Positions 35,534 through 46,351 of a stretch of 64,000 bases of DNA are shown here, piece by piece. The notes under the pieces were generated by a model, which did not search any database, was not told the DNA's origin, and saw nothing but the letters and a program-made list of their open reading frames with translations. The stretch covers positions 4,278,001 through 4,342,000 of the forward strand of contig OZ251224.1 of the NCBI GenBank assembly GCA_965240325.2, given 5' to 3'. The translations under genes and the position numbers were made by a program. Origin of the DNA: Rebecca billardiae RCC1528 (Eukaryota > Protista > Haptophyta). Within the stretch, counting starts at the first letter, position 1, and every line of letters begins with the position of its first letter.

Positions 35534-36631
35534 TCAATGGCGGCCGGTGCCTCGCCGCGCGCGCTTGCCGCTCCCAGCCCGCCCTGCATCGTGCCCGTCG
35601 CACTCCCAGCGCAGCTCCCACAGCTCGAGCTCTGGCACGCGCTCGACACGCAGCATGCATGGCGGCACCTCTGCGTGCGAGAGCTGGCGGGCAGCGAGCC
35701 GGCCACGGGCGTTGAGCACGGCCATGCCGTCCTCACCCTCGGCAGCGCTAGCGAGAAGCTCGCGAAAGCGCTGATGCGCCGGTGTGGGGCAGGCCGCCAG
35801 AGTGCTCATAGAGAAGTTGAGTCGCCGCTCGAGACTCAGCAGCGCGATGCAAGCGCCCCGGCGGCGTTGGAGCAGCGCGCGCACCGCGCCCAGCAGCGCC
35901 TCGACCGCAGGCACGTCGTACACGCAGTCAGCGCACAGGATGGTGTCGGCTTTGTCCGCAAGCATCGACGCCTCGTCTGCCGCCCAACCGTATGGCTCCA
36001 CCCCGCACGCCTCTGCCGAGAGGTCCGCCCGGGCCCAGTCGAGCCGACGCACACGCACGCGCGCGCGCACAGCCGGCGGGCATGCATGCGCATTGTGCGC
36101 GGCATTGGCGAGGGATGCGTCGTGCGCGTCGGTGAGAAAGACTCGCCCTGCCCCCGCGTGAGCTGCAACGAGGCCAACCAGCCCACAGCCCGCCGAGAGC
36201 TCGAGCACCACGCGCCCTGTCACGAGGCTCCCACGGTGCGCCCACACGTAGTCGGCGAGAAACGGCGCGGCGCGCCACACCTGCAGGCCCACAGCGGCTA
36301 ACGACGTGCCGGCTAGCATGTGCCGAACCGTGACGCGCCACTCTAGGACGGTCGTCTTCGGGCCTGCGCACATGCTCGGCGCGCCCGACGCCTTGCTCCG
36401 CCGCCGCCGCCGAGGCAGCACCAGGTCACCGTCCGCGTCCGTGGCGGGAGGATCGCGCCATCTGTAGACAGTGAACCCAGCGTTCGCTCCGTCCCCCTCG
36501 TCCGGAGCATTGCGCACCACGTGCAGATCAGACAGTATCAAATCCCCGTCCGCGTCGTCGTCGTGCGGTGGACTGGATGCGCGCCGTGCCGCGCGGGCCG
36601 CATTGCGGACTTTGTCGGCGGAGGCCGCCAT
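35534..36631 (-). CDS. METTL22-like protein methyltransferase (family 16)
   Basis: DADGDLVL, VGLQVWRAAPFLADYV, VLELSAGCGLVG, LDW, ADCVYD, LERRLNFS. Confidence 0.85.
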   Translation of the reverse strand: MAASADKVRNAARAARRASSPPHDDDADGDLILSDLHVVRNAPDEGDGANAGFTVYRWRDPPATDADGDLVLPRRRRRSKASGAPSMCAGPKTTVLEWRVTVRHMLAGTSLAAVGLQVWRAAPFLADYVWAHRGSLVTGRVVLELSAGCGLVGLVAAHAGAGRVFLTDAHDASLANAAHNAHACPPAVRARVRVRRLDWARADLSAEACGVEPYGWAADEASMLADKADTILCADCVYDVPAVEALLGAVRALLQRRRGACIALLSLERRLNFSMSTLAACPTPAHQRFRELLASAAEGEDGMAVLNARGRLAARQLSHAEVPPCMLRVERVPELELWELRWECDGHDAGRAGSGKRARRGTGRH

Positions 36632-36746
36632 CGCCCTACGGACGGTTAGAGGGGTCCGGACTCTCGGCTGAGTTCAGTCCAGACGTTGGCCGGCCGTCCT
36701 GAAGCATCTGGAGGCCACACACCCCGACTCACGACCCCATCCGTCC

Positions 36747-37667
36747 ATGCTGTACACCGTAGGCCAAGACCACGCGCGCGATCTTCAGCTTCTGCTGCGC
36801 GCGCAGCAGGCGTACGAACAGGTGCCCGTGCCGGGAGTAGAGACAAGCACTCAGCCAATCGAGGTGCTCAGCCGCGCGAGTCGAGCGCTCGTCTGGCATG
36901 AGAAGGACGGCACGACCATCGTTGCGATCCGCGGCACGAGTTCCGATCTTGAGGCCGCGCTCGACGTGAACACGCAGCTGGTGAAGCGCAGTGGGCACGA
37001 GGACAAAACGCACCTACGGATGCGCGAGTGGTTCATGCTGCGACCGGCCCTCGTGCACGCTGGCTTCGCCACGGCCCTCGACGATCTGAAGCAGGCCGGA
37101 CTGCTGGAGGCCATCCGCTCTGGCGGTGCACGCGACCTCATCCTCACAGGCCACTCCCTCGGTGGCGCGATTGCAATCTTGCTCGGCGTCGACCTTGCGC
37201 GTCGCAAGGGCACGGACATGCCCTCGCATATCTCAGTCATCACCTGGGGCGCGCCGCAGGTCGGCACCGAGGCCTTCCGGAAGGTCGCGCAGAGCACGGG
37301 CACGCGTCTGCGCATCACGCGGGTGGAGAACGGCACGGACCTTGTCACGCAGATGCCCGGCGTGTTCGGCGAGTTCGACCCCGAGCTGGCGTCGTACACG
37401 CACGTGGGCGAGCGCTTCCGCCTGGATGATGGCGATCTGGTCGACCAGGCCCTCAAGTACCTCCAGCGCGCCATCCACGCGGTGAGCACGGCGCGGGATG
37501 GCTTCCAGCTGCTGGCCAAGGTGTCCGCGCACTCGCTGGACGCGTACCGCGACAACCTCATCAGCTCGAGCAAGCCTCCATTCGAGCGCATGGTCGAAAA
37601 GGGCATGCGAGTCGCTGCCTTCTCCGCGCTGGCGGCGCACGCGCTCGCCGATCGTGGCCTCAGGTAG
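36747..37667 (+). CDS. Class 3 lipase (alpha/beta hydrolase)
   Basis: VAIRGT, VHAGF, LTGHSLGGAIA, TWGAPQVG, ENGTDLVTQMP, AHSLDAY. Confidence 0.9.
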   Translation: MLYTVGQDHARDLQLLLRAQQAYEQVPVPGVETSTQPIEVLSRASRALVWHEKDGTTIVAIRGTSSDLEAALDVNTQLVKRSGHEDKTHLRMREWFMLRPALVHAGFATALDDLKQAGLLEAIRSGGARDLILTGHSLGGAIAILLGVDLARRKGTDMPSHISVITWGAPQVGTEAFRKVAQSTGTRLRITRVENGTDLVTQMPGVFGEFDPELASYTHVGERFRLDDGDLVDQALKYLQRAIHAVSTARDGFQLLAKVSAHSLDAYRDNLISSSKPPFERMVEKGMRVAAFSALAAHALADRGLR

Positions 37668-38304
37668 CTCTTAGACGGTGCCGGGCAACGGTGGTCGGGC
37701 TTGCCAGGAGCTGGAGCACAGGCGGCCTGAGGCAATAATGACCTGGCGTCGGACTCGCCATTCTCGCGGTACTCTCGCGGAAGGCGCGGGTATACGCATG
37801 ACGATGATTTTAATCCGCTTACGCTGCGCGACTATTATTATTTTAATATATTATAATATTTTATTATAATATATATATATCAAGTACTTTCCGATGGTTT
37901 ATATACCGGGTTAACGGTTAAATTAATTACGTTATTATCAGATGGCACACTCGTCACACATCCGACACACATACGGAAGAGCCTCGCCGACTAGTGCCGA
38001 TGAGCAGCTTGAAGGGCGCCACCAACAAGCGCGCGTCGTCGTCCGACAGTGACAGTGTTGTCCGGTACGGTGAGTCGTCTGCTGTCGCAGTGAATCACGA
38101 CGGACACGCGACCGCGAACCACTCAGTCGAGCGAGCTCACACAGCGATGCTTCGGTGACACGGTGCTGCTGCAAGCAGCGCGTGGCAGCGAGCAATCCGC
38201 CGCGAGGCGCTCTGCTGCGCACCTTGCCACGCACCACGCTGCCAGCCCCCCTGCAGCTCGCGTGGCCGACCAAGCAAGCCGCCCGCGCCCGGCCCCTCAG
38301 CTGC

Positions 38305-39396
38305 TCACCAGAAGTGGTCGCTAAAGTTCTTCCCCTGCTTCGCGCCCGCTGCGTGCGACTTCGTCAAGTGCGTCTGCGCAGCAAAGGGGCCGATCACGGC
38401 GCGAGTGAAGGCATGGCGCGAGTCAGTGCGGCGGCACGCGCTCTCGTCCCCCCGAGTGCGGGGGCGCGCGCCCGCGCGCGCAGGCGGCAGCCGGGCGCGC
38501 GCGCGATCGCAGGCGCGCGCGGCGTGCGCACCTCCTTCTTGGACATCTCCATGTCCTCCGAGGTGAAGGTGCTGTGGAAGGGCGCGTCGGACAACGAGCC
38601 CGCCGACAATTTTCGCAAGTCCGCATCCGCCGGGAACTCGGCCGGCTCCTCGCCGTCCCTCGGCCACGGCGACTTGGGCTTGGCCGGCAGCGTCGCCGTG
38701 GGGATGTCGGGCGCCGCCATGTAGCCCGCGTGCATCCGCTGCGGGTCCATGTTGGACTCGAGCGGGAAGTCGGGCGCGTACGGTGGCACCGTGTACGGCT
38801 TGTCGTCGTCGTAGTCGAAGGGCGGCGCGGAGGAGATCGTGTCGTGGAACGACTCGGGCACGTCGTCGATCTTCTTCTTGGCTGTCTCGCCCTTCATCAG
38901 CGGCCGGCCCGGGTGCACCTTGCGCACGAGCGGGCGCGGCAGGTAGATCTTGTCGAAGTCACCGGCGACGCCCGCGGGCATGTTCTTGCCCGGGTACACG
39001 GACGACATGGCCGGCACCATCCCCTCGGTGAACTTCTCCGCCGCGAGTGTGCCCCACACCGGGTGCGGCTCGACGGCGAGTGAGGACCTGTACCCGTCAG
39101 CGGTGGGCGCGTCTGCGCGCGCGGACGGCGGCGGCGTCGCGGGGGCGATGCGGGTGCGCGAGCGCCGAGAGGCGTGCATGCGTGTGCGTCAGCAGGCGAG
39201 CGTCGCGTCGACGGGCGTGTTGCCGCGTGATCACGCTCGCGCGCGCGGCCGCGGAGATCAGCATGGGCACCGACGCCTGTCGATCCGAGCGCGCGAGGGC
39301 GCGCGCACCGCTGGTGTAGCCATTCTCGAACTCGGCGTCGATCTGCTTTGCGGAGCCGTAGGCGCCAGGGATACCTGCAGGCCGGACCGACGTCAT
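38305..39396 (-). CDS. Hypothetical Pro-rich multi-exon protein
   Basis: Coding-biased main exon (~39087-38532). Last exon 38373-38305 (THLTKSHAAGAKQGKNFSDHFW). Probable first exon MTSVRPAGIPGAYGSAKQIDAEFENGYTS; 5' splicing is unresolved. Confidence 0.6.
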
Positions 39397-39755
39397 CGTC
39401 CGCCCTCCACAGCCACTCGCCCTGCTTCCTGGGGGCGACGAGCGCGCGACGACGAGCGGCACGACAGATGGTTGTTTCGCGGTCCCCAAGCCCGGCCGCG
39501 ATTTGTAACGATGTCGCATCTGGAAGTAGCAGAAATGAGAAATGACTAAATGAGAAATCATCGCCTCAAAAGTGTTTTCTGTCGACTTTTCTCCGCTGAC
39601 CCAACCTCAACTGCCGCGCGCAGTCCGGGAGCACCGAGCGTGCATCAAGCGTGGGCCGCACCAACGATACGTGGTCGGACCCCATCTTTGCGAAGGGGTG
39701 GCGGCACCGCGTGCCCACGCCCGCGCTGCGCCAAAGGGAGAGAGAGACGCGCTCG

Positions 39756-41595
39756 ATGGCTGAGGATGAGGTGGCGCGCGCGGCCGCCCCCGCGGCGGCC
39801 GATGGCGAGGAGCCCGGCGCGCCCGCGTGCGCCGAGGACGAGAAGGAGATCCCCAAGCCCGACATGACCGTGAAGCGGCCGGACGAGGCTGCGTTCAGCG
39901 AGAAGGTCGAGGCGGTGCAGGCGCGGATGGAGGCGCAGCACAAGCGCATACAGGAGATCAAGGAGACGCTCGACGCGCGCGAGAGCACGCGCACCGCCTC
40001 GAGCTCCGAGTCCGGCCAGGCGCGGCAGCGCCTGCAGGAGCTGCGCACGCAGAGCCGCGGGCTCTCGACCGAGCGCAACGCGATCTACTCGGAGATCAAC
40101 GAGATGGAGGACGCGCGCAAGCTGCGCTCGAATCAGATCGCCGATCTAAAGAAGCGCACGCCGTACGCGACGACCGAGGAGATCGACCGCGCGATCAAGG
40201 AGAAGGAGCACTACCAGGAGACGCACGCGCTCTCGCTCGCGCAGGTGAAGAAGATCATGGCCGAGCTCAAGGAGCTGCACGCGTCCAAGCCGCTGTGCAA
40301 GGAGCTGCACGACGTGACGGAGGCGCTCAAGCGCGACAAGGAGGCGTCGAACGTGCTGTACGCCAAGCTCAAGGAGAAGACCGCCGAGCTCAACGCCGTC
40401 CGCGAGATCGAGCGCAAGCAGCAGGAGGAGGTCGAGCGCATCCGCAAGAAGGACGGCGAGCGCGTCTCTGACGTGCCCGGGCTGATCAAGGAGCGCGACG
40501 AGTGCAAGAAGGCGGTGGCGGCGTGCCGCGAGGAGATCAAGAAGCTGCGCGACGAGCACAACGCGGCGAAGAAGGCGTACGCCGACGCGCAGCGGCTGAT
40601 CAAGCGCTACCAGATGCAGGAGCGGCGCAAGGAGTGGCTGAAGCGCGAGGCAGAGCGCGACGCGCGCCGCAAGGAGCGCGAGGCGGAGGACGCGCTGCGC
40701 GTGCCGTGGGAGGAGGAGATGGGCATCTGCGACATCCTCGTGACGTACCTCGGGCGGTACGTGCAGCCGAAGCCCGCCGCGCCCGAGAACGGCGGCGCCG
40801 CCGAGAACGGCGTCTCGCCCGCCCCCGCCGCGCCGGGCGCGATCGGGCGCAAGGCGCAGCAGGCGGAGGAGTCATTCTTCGTCGGCAGCGGCGGCGGCGG
40901 CAAGAAGGGCAAGAAGGGCAAGGCGAAGAAGGAGGCGGGCGCGGGCGCGATCAAGGTGACGCACACGCCCGAGGTGTTCGCCAACTTCGACAAGCTCGGG
41001 CTCAAGCCGCCGCTCACCGCCGCCGAGTGCGAGGTCGCCATCAGCGAGGTGCTCGCCAAGAAGAGCTGGTACAAGACGGCGCCGCCCAAGGCGGAGCTCG
41101 TGCGGCAGCAGCAGCAGGAGAAGCGGCGCGCCGAGGAGGCGGCGGCCGAGGCGGCGAAGAAGGCGGAGGAGGAGGCGAAGAAGGCGGAGGAGGAGGTGCG
41201 CGCGGCGGAGGAGGAGGCGCGGCGCGCGGCAGCGGAGGCGGCCGCCGCGGAGAAGGCGGCGGCAGCGGAGGCGGCGGCGGCGGCAAAGGCCGCGGCGGGG
41301 GCGGCCGCGGCAACAGCCGCGCCAAAAGCGGCGCCGAGCGGCGGCGCGCAGAGCAAAGCGGCAAAGGTGCGCCCGCGCCGCCGCGCGGCGTCGCGCCCGC
41401 CCGCCGTGCGCGCCGCCACGCTCACCCGCGCCCCACCCGCCGCGCGCTCCGCCGCCGCGCGCGCAGGCCGCCGCGCCGCCGCCACAGGCCGCGGCCGCAG
41501 CCAGCGCGTCGGGCGGCGCGCCCTCCGGCGGCTGCACGCTCAGCATTCAGCCCATCTCTGAAACGGGGGTGCTCGTCTCCATCACCACCACGTAG
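39756..41595 (+). CDS. BFR1/proton-pump-interactor-like coiled-coil protein, 2 exons
   Basis: Long coiled coil; EIDRAIKEKEHYQETHALSLAQVKKIMAELKEL; PWEEEMGICDILVTYL; KKGKKGK; THTPEVFANFDKLGLKPP; intron 41367-41466. Confidence 0.78.
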
Positions 41596-42177
41596 GACGG
41601 TAGCGCAGTGGCACACACACACGCGGGGGCGGGGCGGGGGATCTGGCGGCACGATGCGCGCATCAGCCGTCTCCATGTGCATGAGCATGACTGCGGCGCG
41701 GGAGCGCCGAGGCGCGCCGTCGGGCGCGCGCGCACGTGGGCACCGCTGCGCGTGTGCCGTCACACCGTGTGGCTGGGACCGGGTGGCGCACTGATGCATG
41801 CGGCCGCAGCTGCTGCGCGCCGAGTCCGTCCGGCGGCTGGACAGCGCGTCGGGACGCGCGCAGCAATGGCCACGTGGGCCCGGTGCTGGCGACTCGAGTC
41901 TCGCGCGGCCCGTTGACTCCGCAATTCGGCCGCCGAGCAGCAGGCTTGCAAAGGCAGACACTAGACAGCAGCAGGCCGGCGTCGTCAGCGCCTCAGCGGC
42001 CACCGCAGCGCAGCGCGAAGCGGATCGGGGCTGCGCCGCTGAGCGCCAACTCCTAAGGGGCGGTTCGGCCGCGCATCAATCATCGCATTGATCGGACCGT
42101 GCCGCACGGCGCGGCCCGGCGGTCAGTGCGCCCGGTCGGCCACTCAGCGCCAATAGCCCAATTCGTCTGATTCGATA

Positions 42178-43527
42178 GGGTGGAATTCCCATTTTCTGGC
42201 GCACTTCCGCACTGGGGAGGCGGAAAAGCGTCATTTAATACGCGAATAAGGCATAATAAATAAGAAAGGGAATAAAGCGCACGCAGTGCGAAGAAATTTT
42301 TCCGGGTGTATCCGCGTAGTTATTATGCGAAGCACCCAATCTTCTGCGAGGCGGCCTGCTTACTGCGCACGCGGCGTCCCGAACACCCTCGGGGCTCAGC
42401 TGCGGCTCGGCCTGCGCACGCTTAGCAAGCTCGCGTGCGGCCTGCACCTTGCCCGCCGCCTCGACTCTCGAGCAAGAGGATCGACGAGTATGAGTGATGT
42501 AGTAAGTAAGCGTGTGCCGCCGAGCTGCCGTCCGGCAGCCACCCGCGACTGCAGCCGCTGGCCGCGGTGCCTGGCCTCGGCGCGGCCCCACAGGCTCAGC
42601 GCTGTGAGCTCCTCCTCCTTCTGCGCTCCTCCTCCAGGCGTTTGGGCCGCCGCCGCCTTGGCCGCCTCGTCCTCGTCGATCAGCTGAACGGCGGGAGTGA
42701 TGTCTCTGCTCAGCTGAGTGTGACGTGACAAGCGAGGCGACGAGCGACGGCAGCCCGGTGACCAAGCCGACGAGCTCATCGTACGAGCCGTCACGCGTGC
42801 GCTCGTGCCGTGTCTGAGCTGGCTCGCGCTCGTACGCCGACCAGGCTTTGCTCGGACTGAACGCGTCTGCTCGGGCGTCCTTGCGTGTGCGCTTGGACGG
42901 CCGCGGGCCGTCATCTGGTCCGACCGCGCGCAGCTCGATCTCGGAAGCGTTGAGCTGCTCCGCGGTTGACTCACCCTCTGCCTCAGGCTCGACCACGGCA
43001 GCAGGCCCCGCAGCAGCCGCCAGATAGCATCGGCAGGGGCCCCTGCGCCACCCGCCGCCGACCGCACATCGGCCAGCTTGCCGCACACGCGCTGGACCAC
43101 GGCCTCGCCGCGCTTGACGCGGATGTGGTGCCAGGTCGTCGTGCCAATCGCTTGGCTATCGACAACGGGCACGGGCACCTCGATCACGACAACGCCTGTC
43201 GCGTAGGCTGTGTAGCGATGTCCGTCCACGACTCCGTCGTGGGTGGACGGCGCACGCCATCGCGGCCGTGGGCGCAAGCGTCTCGTGAATTGTTTTTTTT
43301 AAAATCACTAATTCGCCCAGCCGCTACATCGAACTCGACAACGGTTGCTTTTACACCCGCGATCTTTCGACTGTGCAAATGGGGCGCCGCCCCATGCTCA
43401 AATCCGAAGAGAACGAAGATGTAAAAGTGTCTGGTCCCTAGATACTGTGCTGTCCGGGTCCCGGTCCGGTCAGATCTGAGCAGCCGGATTTTCCGCCCGG
43501 ACAGGCCAGAAAATGGGATTTTCACCC
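42178..43527. mobile_element. Non-autonomous TIR DNA transposon, copy 1 (1350 bp)
   Basis: TIRs gggtggaattcccattttctggc / gccagaaaatgggattttcaccc; 4-bp TSD GATA; near-identical to 62417-63738. Confidence 0.9.
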
Positions 43528-44478
43528 GATATATTCTTTCGTTATTCGATCGATCATATACCGTAGTGCGCGACTATATTATTATATCTCGTTTTTATAT
43601 ACGCGCGCGACAATGCTGCAATATAACTAGCGCACGCAGGACGAAAGTATCATAATCTCATCACTGCTGCTATACGTACTATCTTACTTACCGTGCTCGC
43701 ATCACTAAGTGACTATGAGTATAGCTGCTGATGATGCCAGAGTTTATTTAATTAATACGGCTAGCACTCAATAGCGGCCGAGTAGCCGCACCGTTGACCG
43801 TACAGCGTACTGCTGATATTGATTGATGCCGTCTGTCGGCGGTACGGACGCGGGACGGTCGTAGTCCACTTAGACTGACCCGACTACTACTATTGGCAAC
43901 AGCTAGTACTAGGTAGGGTCCACTACTTCGCGGTAATCTAACTAACAATCTATACTTATTGACTCGATCTCTCCGCGCTAAGCTTACGGAGAATATACGG
44001 ATAGCTCAGCACAGCAGAATAATCATGCATCATAATCGCAGTGTATAGCTAGTACTACGACAGACACTAGACAGTAGCATGCTAGTGCTGCGCGGCCGCG
44101 CGACCGCGCGATGCTAGCCGGCACTCAGACTCAGTGCCGTGCCAGTGCTGCCGCAGTCGGCTTAGGCATCATGGACACTAGTCACTACCAGCCGACTGCG
44201 GGCACTACTATACGGCACTGGGCCAGGCCAGTGGACACGGCACTGAGTGAAAGTCGGCCGCCATCACTCTCGGCCTCGGTCTCGTTCACTCGGAACTGAC
44301 AGTGTAACTCACATGCAAGTCACATGACGCGCGCCGTCAGACGCTGCGTCGTCGTCAGCCGTTGTCAGCGCCGACAGTCTGAGTGTGACAGGACTCCAGA
44401 CAGGAGGCCGTCGTCGTACCAGGCGTCCGACGCCGCGCGATGTCGATCGCGATGCCCTCCCGCACCGCGCCTCCGCCC

Positions 44479-46026
44479 TCAGCCGGACCTGAGCGAGGCG
44501 AGCCGCTCGGCGTGGCTGGGCAGCACCACGCCCGGTTGGTCGTCGTGCAGCAGCGGCAGCGGCGTCAGGTTGACCGCGCAGCAGCCGGAGGCGGCCAGGA
44601 CCTCGCGCGGCGGCGGGCCGGCCTGCTCTGCGGCGTGCATCTCCATCTGCACCGCCATCGCCACGTCCTGCGGCTGCAGCTCGAGCTCCGCCGCGGACTG
44701 CGGCGTGGACGCCAGCACCGCGTCCACGCGGTGCGCCCAGCAGTCGAGCGCGTCCGCGAGCGTCGTGTTGACGTGTCTGTGCAGCAGCTCGAGCAGCTGC
44801 AGCACGACCGCACCCTCGTACCGGCCCTCGAGGCCGACGGACTCGAGCAGGACGAGCATCTGCAGCGCGGCGGTGGGCACGCGCTCCGACGGCGGCGCGC
44901 TGAGCAGCTGGTCGCGCGTGGGCAGCTGCACCTCGAGCAGCTGCGCCGCCCAGTCCTCGCCGTCCGTGCCGTGCGGGCCCGCGCCGTACTCGCCACTCGG
45001 CAGCAGCAGCGCGGTGCGCGCGCGCTTCGCCTCCGAGGCTCGGCGCGGGCCGTTGGCGGCGGTGCCGCCGCCGCCGGCGGCGGAGCCGTTGAGCGCGCGC
45101 GGCCGCTTGCCCAGCCCGCCCGCGCCGCCCACGCGCGGCCCAGACACGCCGCTGCCGCCTCGTTCGCCCTTCACGCCGCCGCCACCGCCGCCGGCCGCGC
45201 CGGCCGCGCCGTCGCCGTTGGCTGCTGCCGCGTGCGCCGCGCTGCCGTGCGGCTGCAGCTGCGCGTGGTACGCGCGCTCGTCCTCGAGCACGCGCTCCCA
45301 CGCGATGCCGCCGTCGAGGCCTGCGACGCCCTCGCGGAGGAGCATCGCCTCGTGCCCCTCGGGGCACTCCTGCAGCTGCGGGCGCGGGGAGGGCGCGCGC
45401 GCGCACGGCCGGCGCGCGCTCGGCCGCTGAGCCTCGGAGCAGCCCGCTGGCGGCCGGCTGTTGGCGCGCGCACGCGGACTCACGGCGGCCGGGAGCGCGA
45501 GGGGCGCGGTGCGCGTCCACGCGTGGCGCGCACCTTCACGCGCCAGTCCTCTCGTCTCGACGCCCACGTCGGCTCGAACGACTCGAGCTTGAGCGCCGTC
45601 TCCAGCATCAGCAGCCGCTTGTTGAGAGCTGCCCGCACCCACGCGGCGCACGCGCACGCGCGCGGCGCGCGCGGGCCGCGCGCGCGAGGCGGGCGCGGGC
45701 GCGTGCGCGTCATGCGGCGCGCTCCACGTCGCACCCGCGCCGCGCTCGCGCCGCACCCGCGAAGTTTGTCGCCTGCTGCACGCTCGTGACCCAGGAGGTG
45801 CGGCGCGGTGTCCACTTCTTCTTGACCGCGTTCCATGGGATGCGCTCCTCGAGGGCTGCGCGCGGCGCGTGTGCGGGCGTGGGCGCGGGTGCGCGGGTGA
45901 GTGGTGCCCGGGCGCCGCTAGAAGGTCGCCTCGCCCCGTCGGCGCCGCGCCCTCACCGAGCAGCCGCGCCTTGACGTCCATGAGCAGGTCAGCTCGTTCT
46001 GACGCGTCCAGGGCCATGCCCGACAT
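44479..46026 (-). CDS. TAF9-like histone-fold protein with N-terminal BPTF/WHIM3-like helical repeats, 4 exons
   Basis: Exons 46026-45957, 45855-45757, 45628-45534, 45375-44479. C-terminus VPTAALQMLVLLESVGLEGRYEGAVVLQLLELLHRH...DVAMAV...PPPREVL...NLTPLP...GVVLP resembles TAF9. Confidence 0.72.
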   Translation of the reverse strand: MSGMALDASERADLLMDVKARLLGEGAAPTGRGDLLAAPGHHSPAHPRPRPHTRRAQPSRSASHGTRSRRSGHRAAPPGSRACSRRQTSRVRRERGAGATWSAPHDAHAPAPASRARPARAARVRVRRVGAGSSQQAAADAGDGAQARVVRADVGVETRGLAREGARHAWTRTAPLALPAAVSPRARANSRPPAGCSEAQRPSARRPCARAPSPRPQLQECPEGHEAMLLREGVAGLDGGIAWERVLEDERAYHAQLQPHGSAAHAAAANGDGAAGAAGGGGGGVKGERGGSGVSGPRVGGAGGLGKRPRALNGSAAGGGGTAANGPRRASEAKRARTALLLPSGEYGAGPHGTDGEDWAAQLLEVQLPTRDQLLSAPPSERVPTAALQMLVLLESVGLEGRYEGAVVLQLLELLHRHVNTTLADALDCWAHRVDAVLASTPQSAAELELQPQDVAMAVQMEMHAAEQAGPPPREVLAASGCCAVNLTPLPLLHDDQPGVVLPSHAERLASLRSG

Positions 46027-46351
46027 GGCGCGCACAGCGGACGGTAGGCGCGCCGAGCGGACGGCTGGTGGGGCACGTGCTTGTGACGCCGAGCGCGCCG
46101 CCTGACGGCCCCGCTGGGTACCACGCGGGCGCGGGGGCGGAGCGACTCCCGCGCCCCTCGATCGAGCACGGTCACCGCCGCTGCCACTGCCAGCGCGAGC
46201 GCAGCCGCCGCAGCTCGACCGGCAGGGGTCGAGAATTGCGGCCGGAAAAATCACGGACTCACAAAACCATCGCGTCACGCGGCTTCTTTTTATTGATCAG
46301 CAATTCATTCGCCCTTTCTCATTATCTCAAGACAGTCGCAACCGTCTCTCG

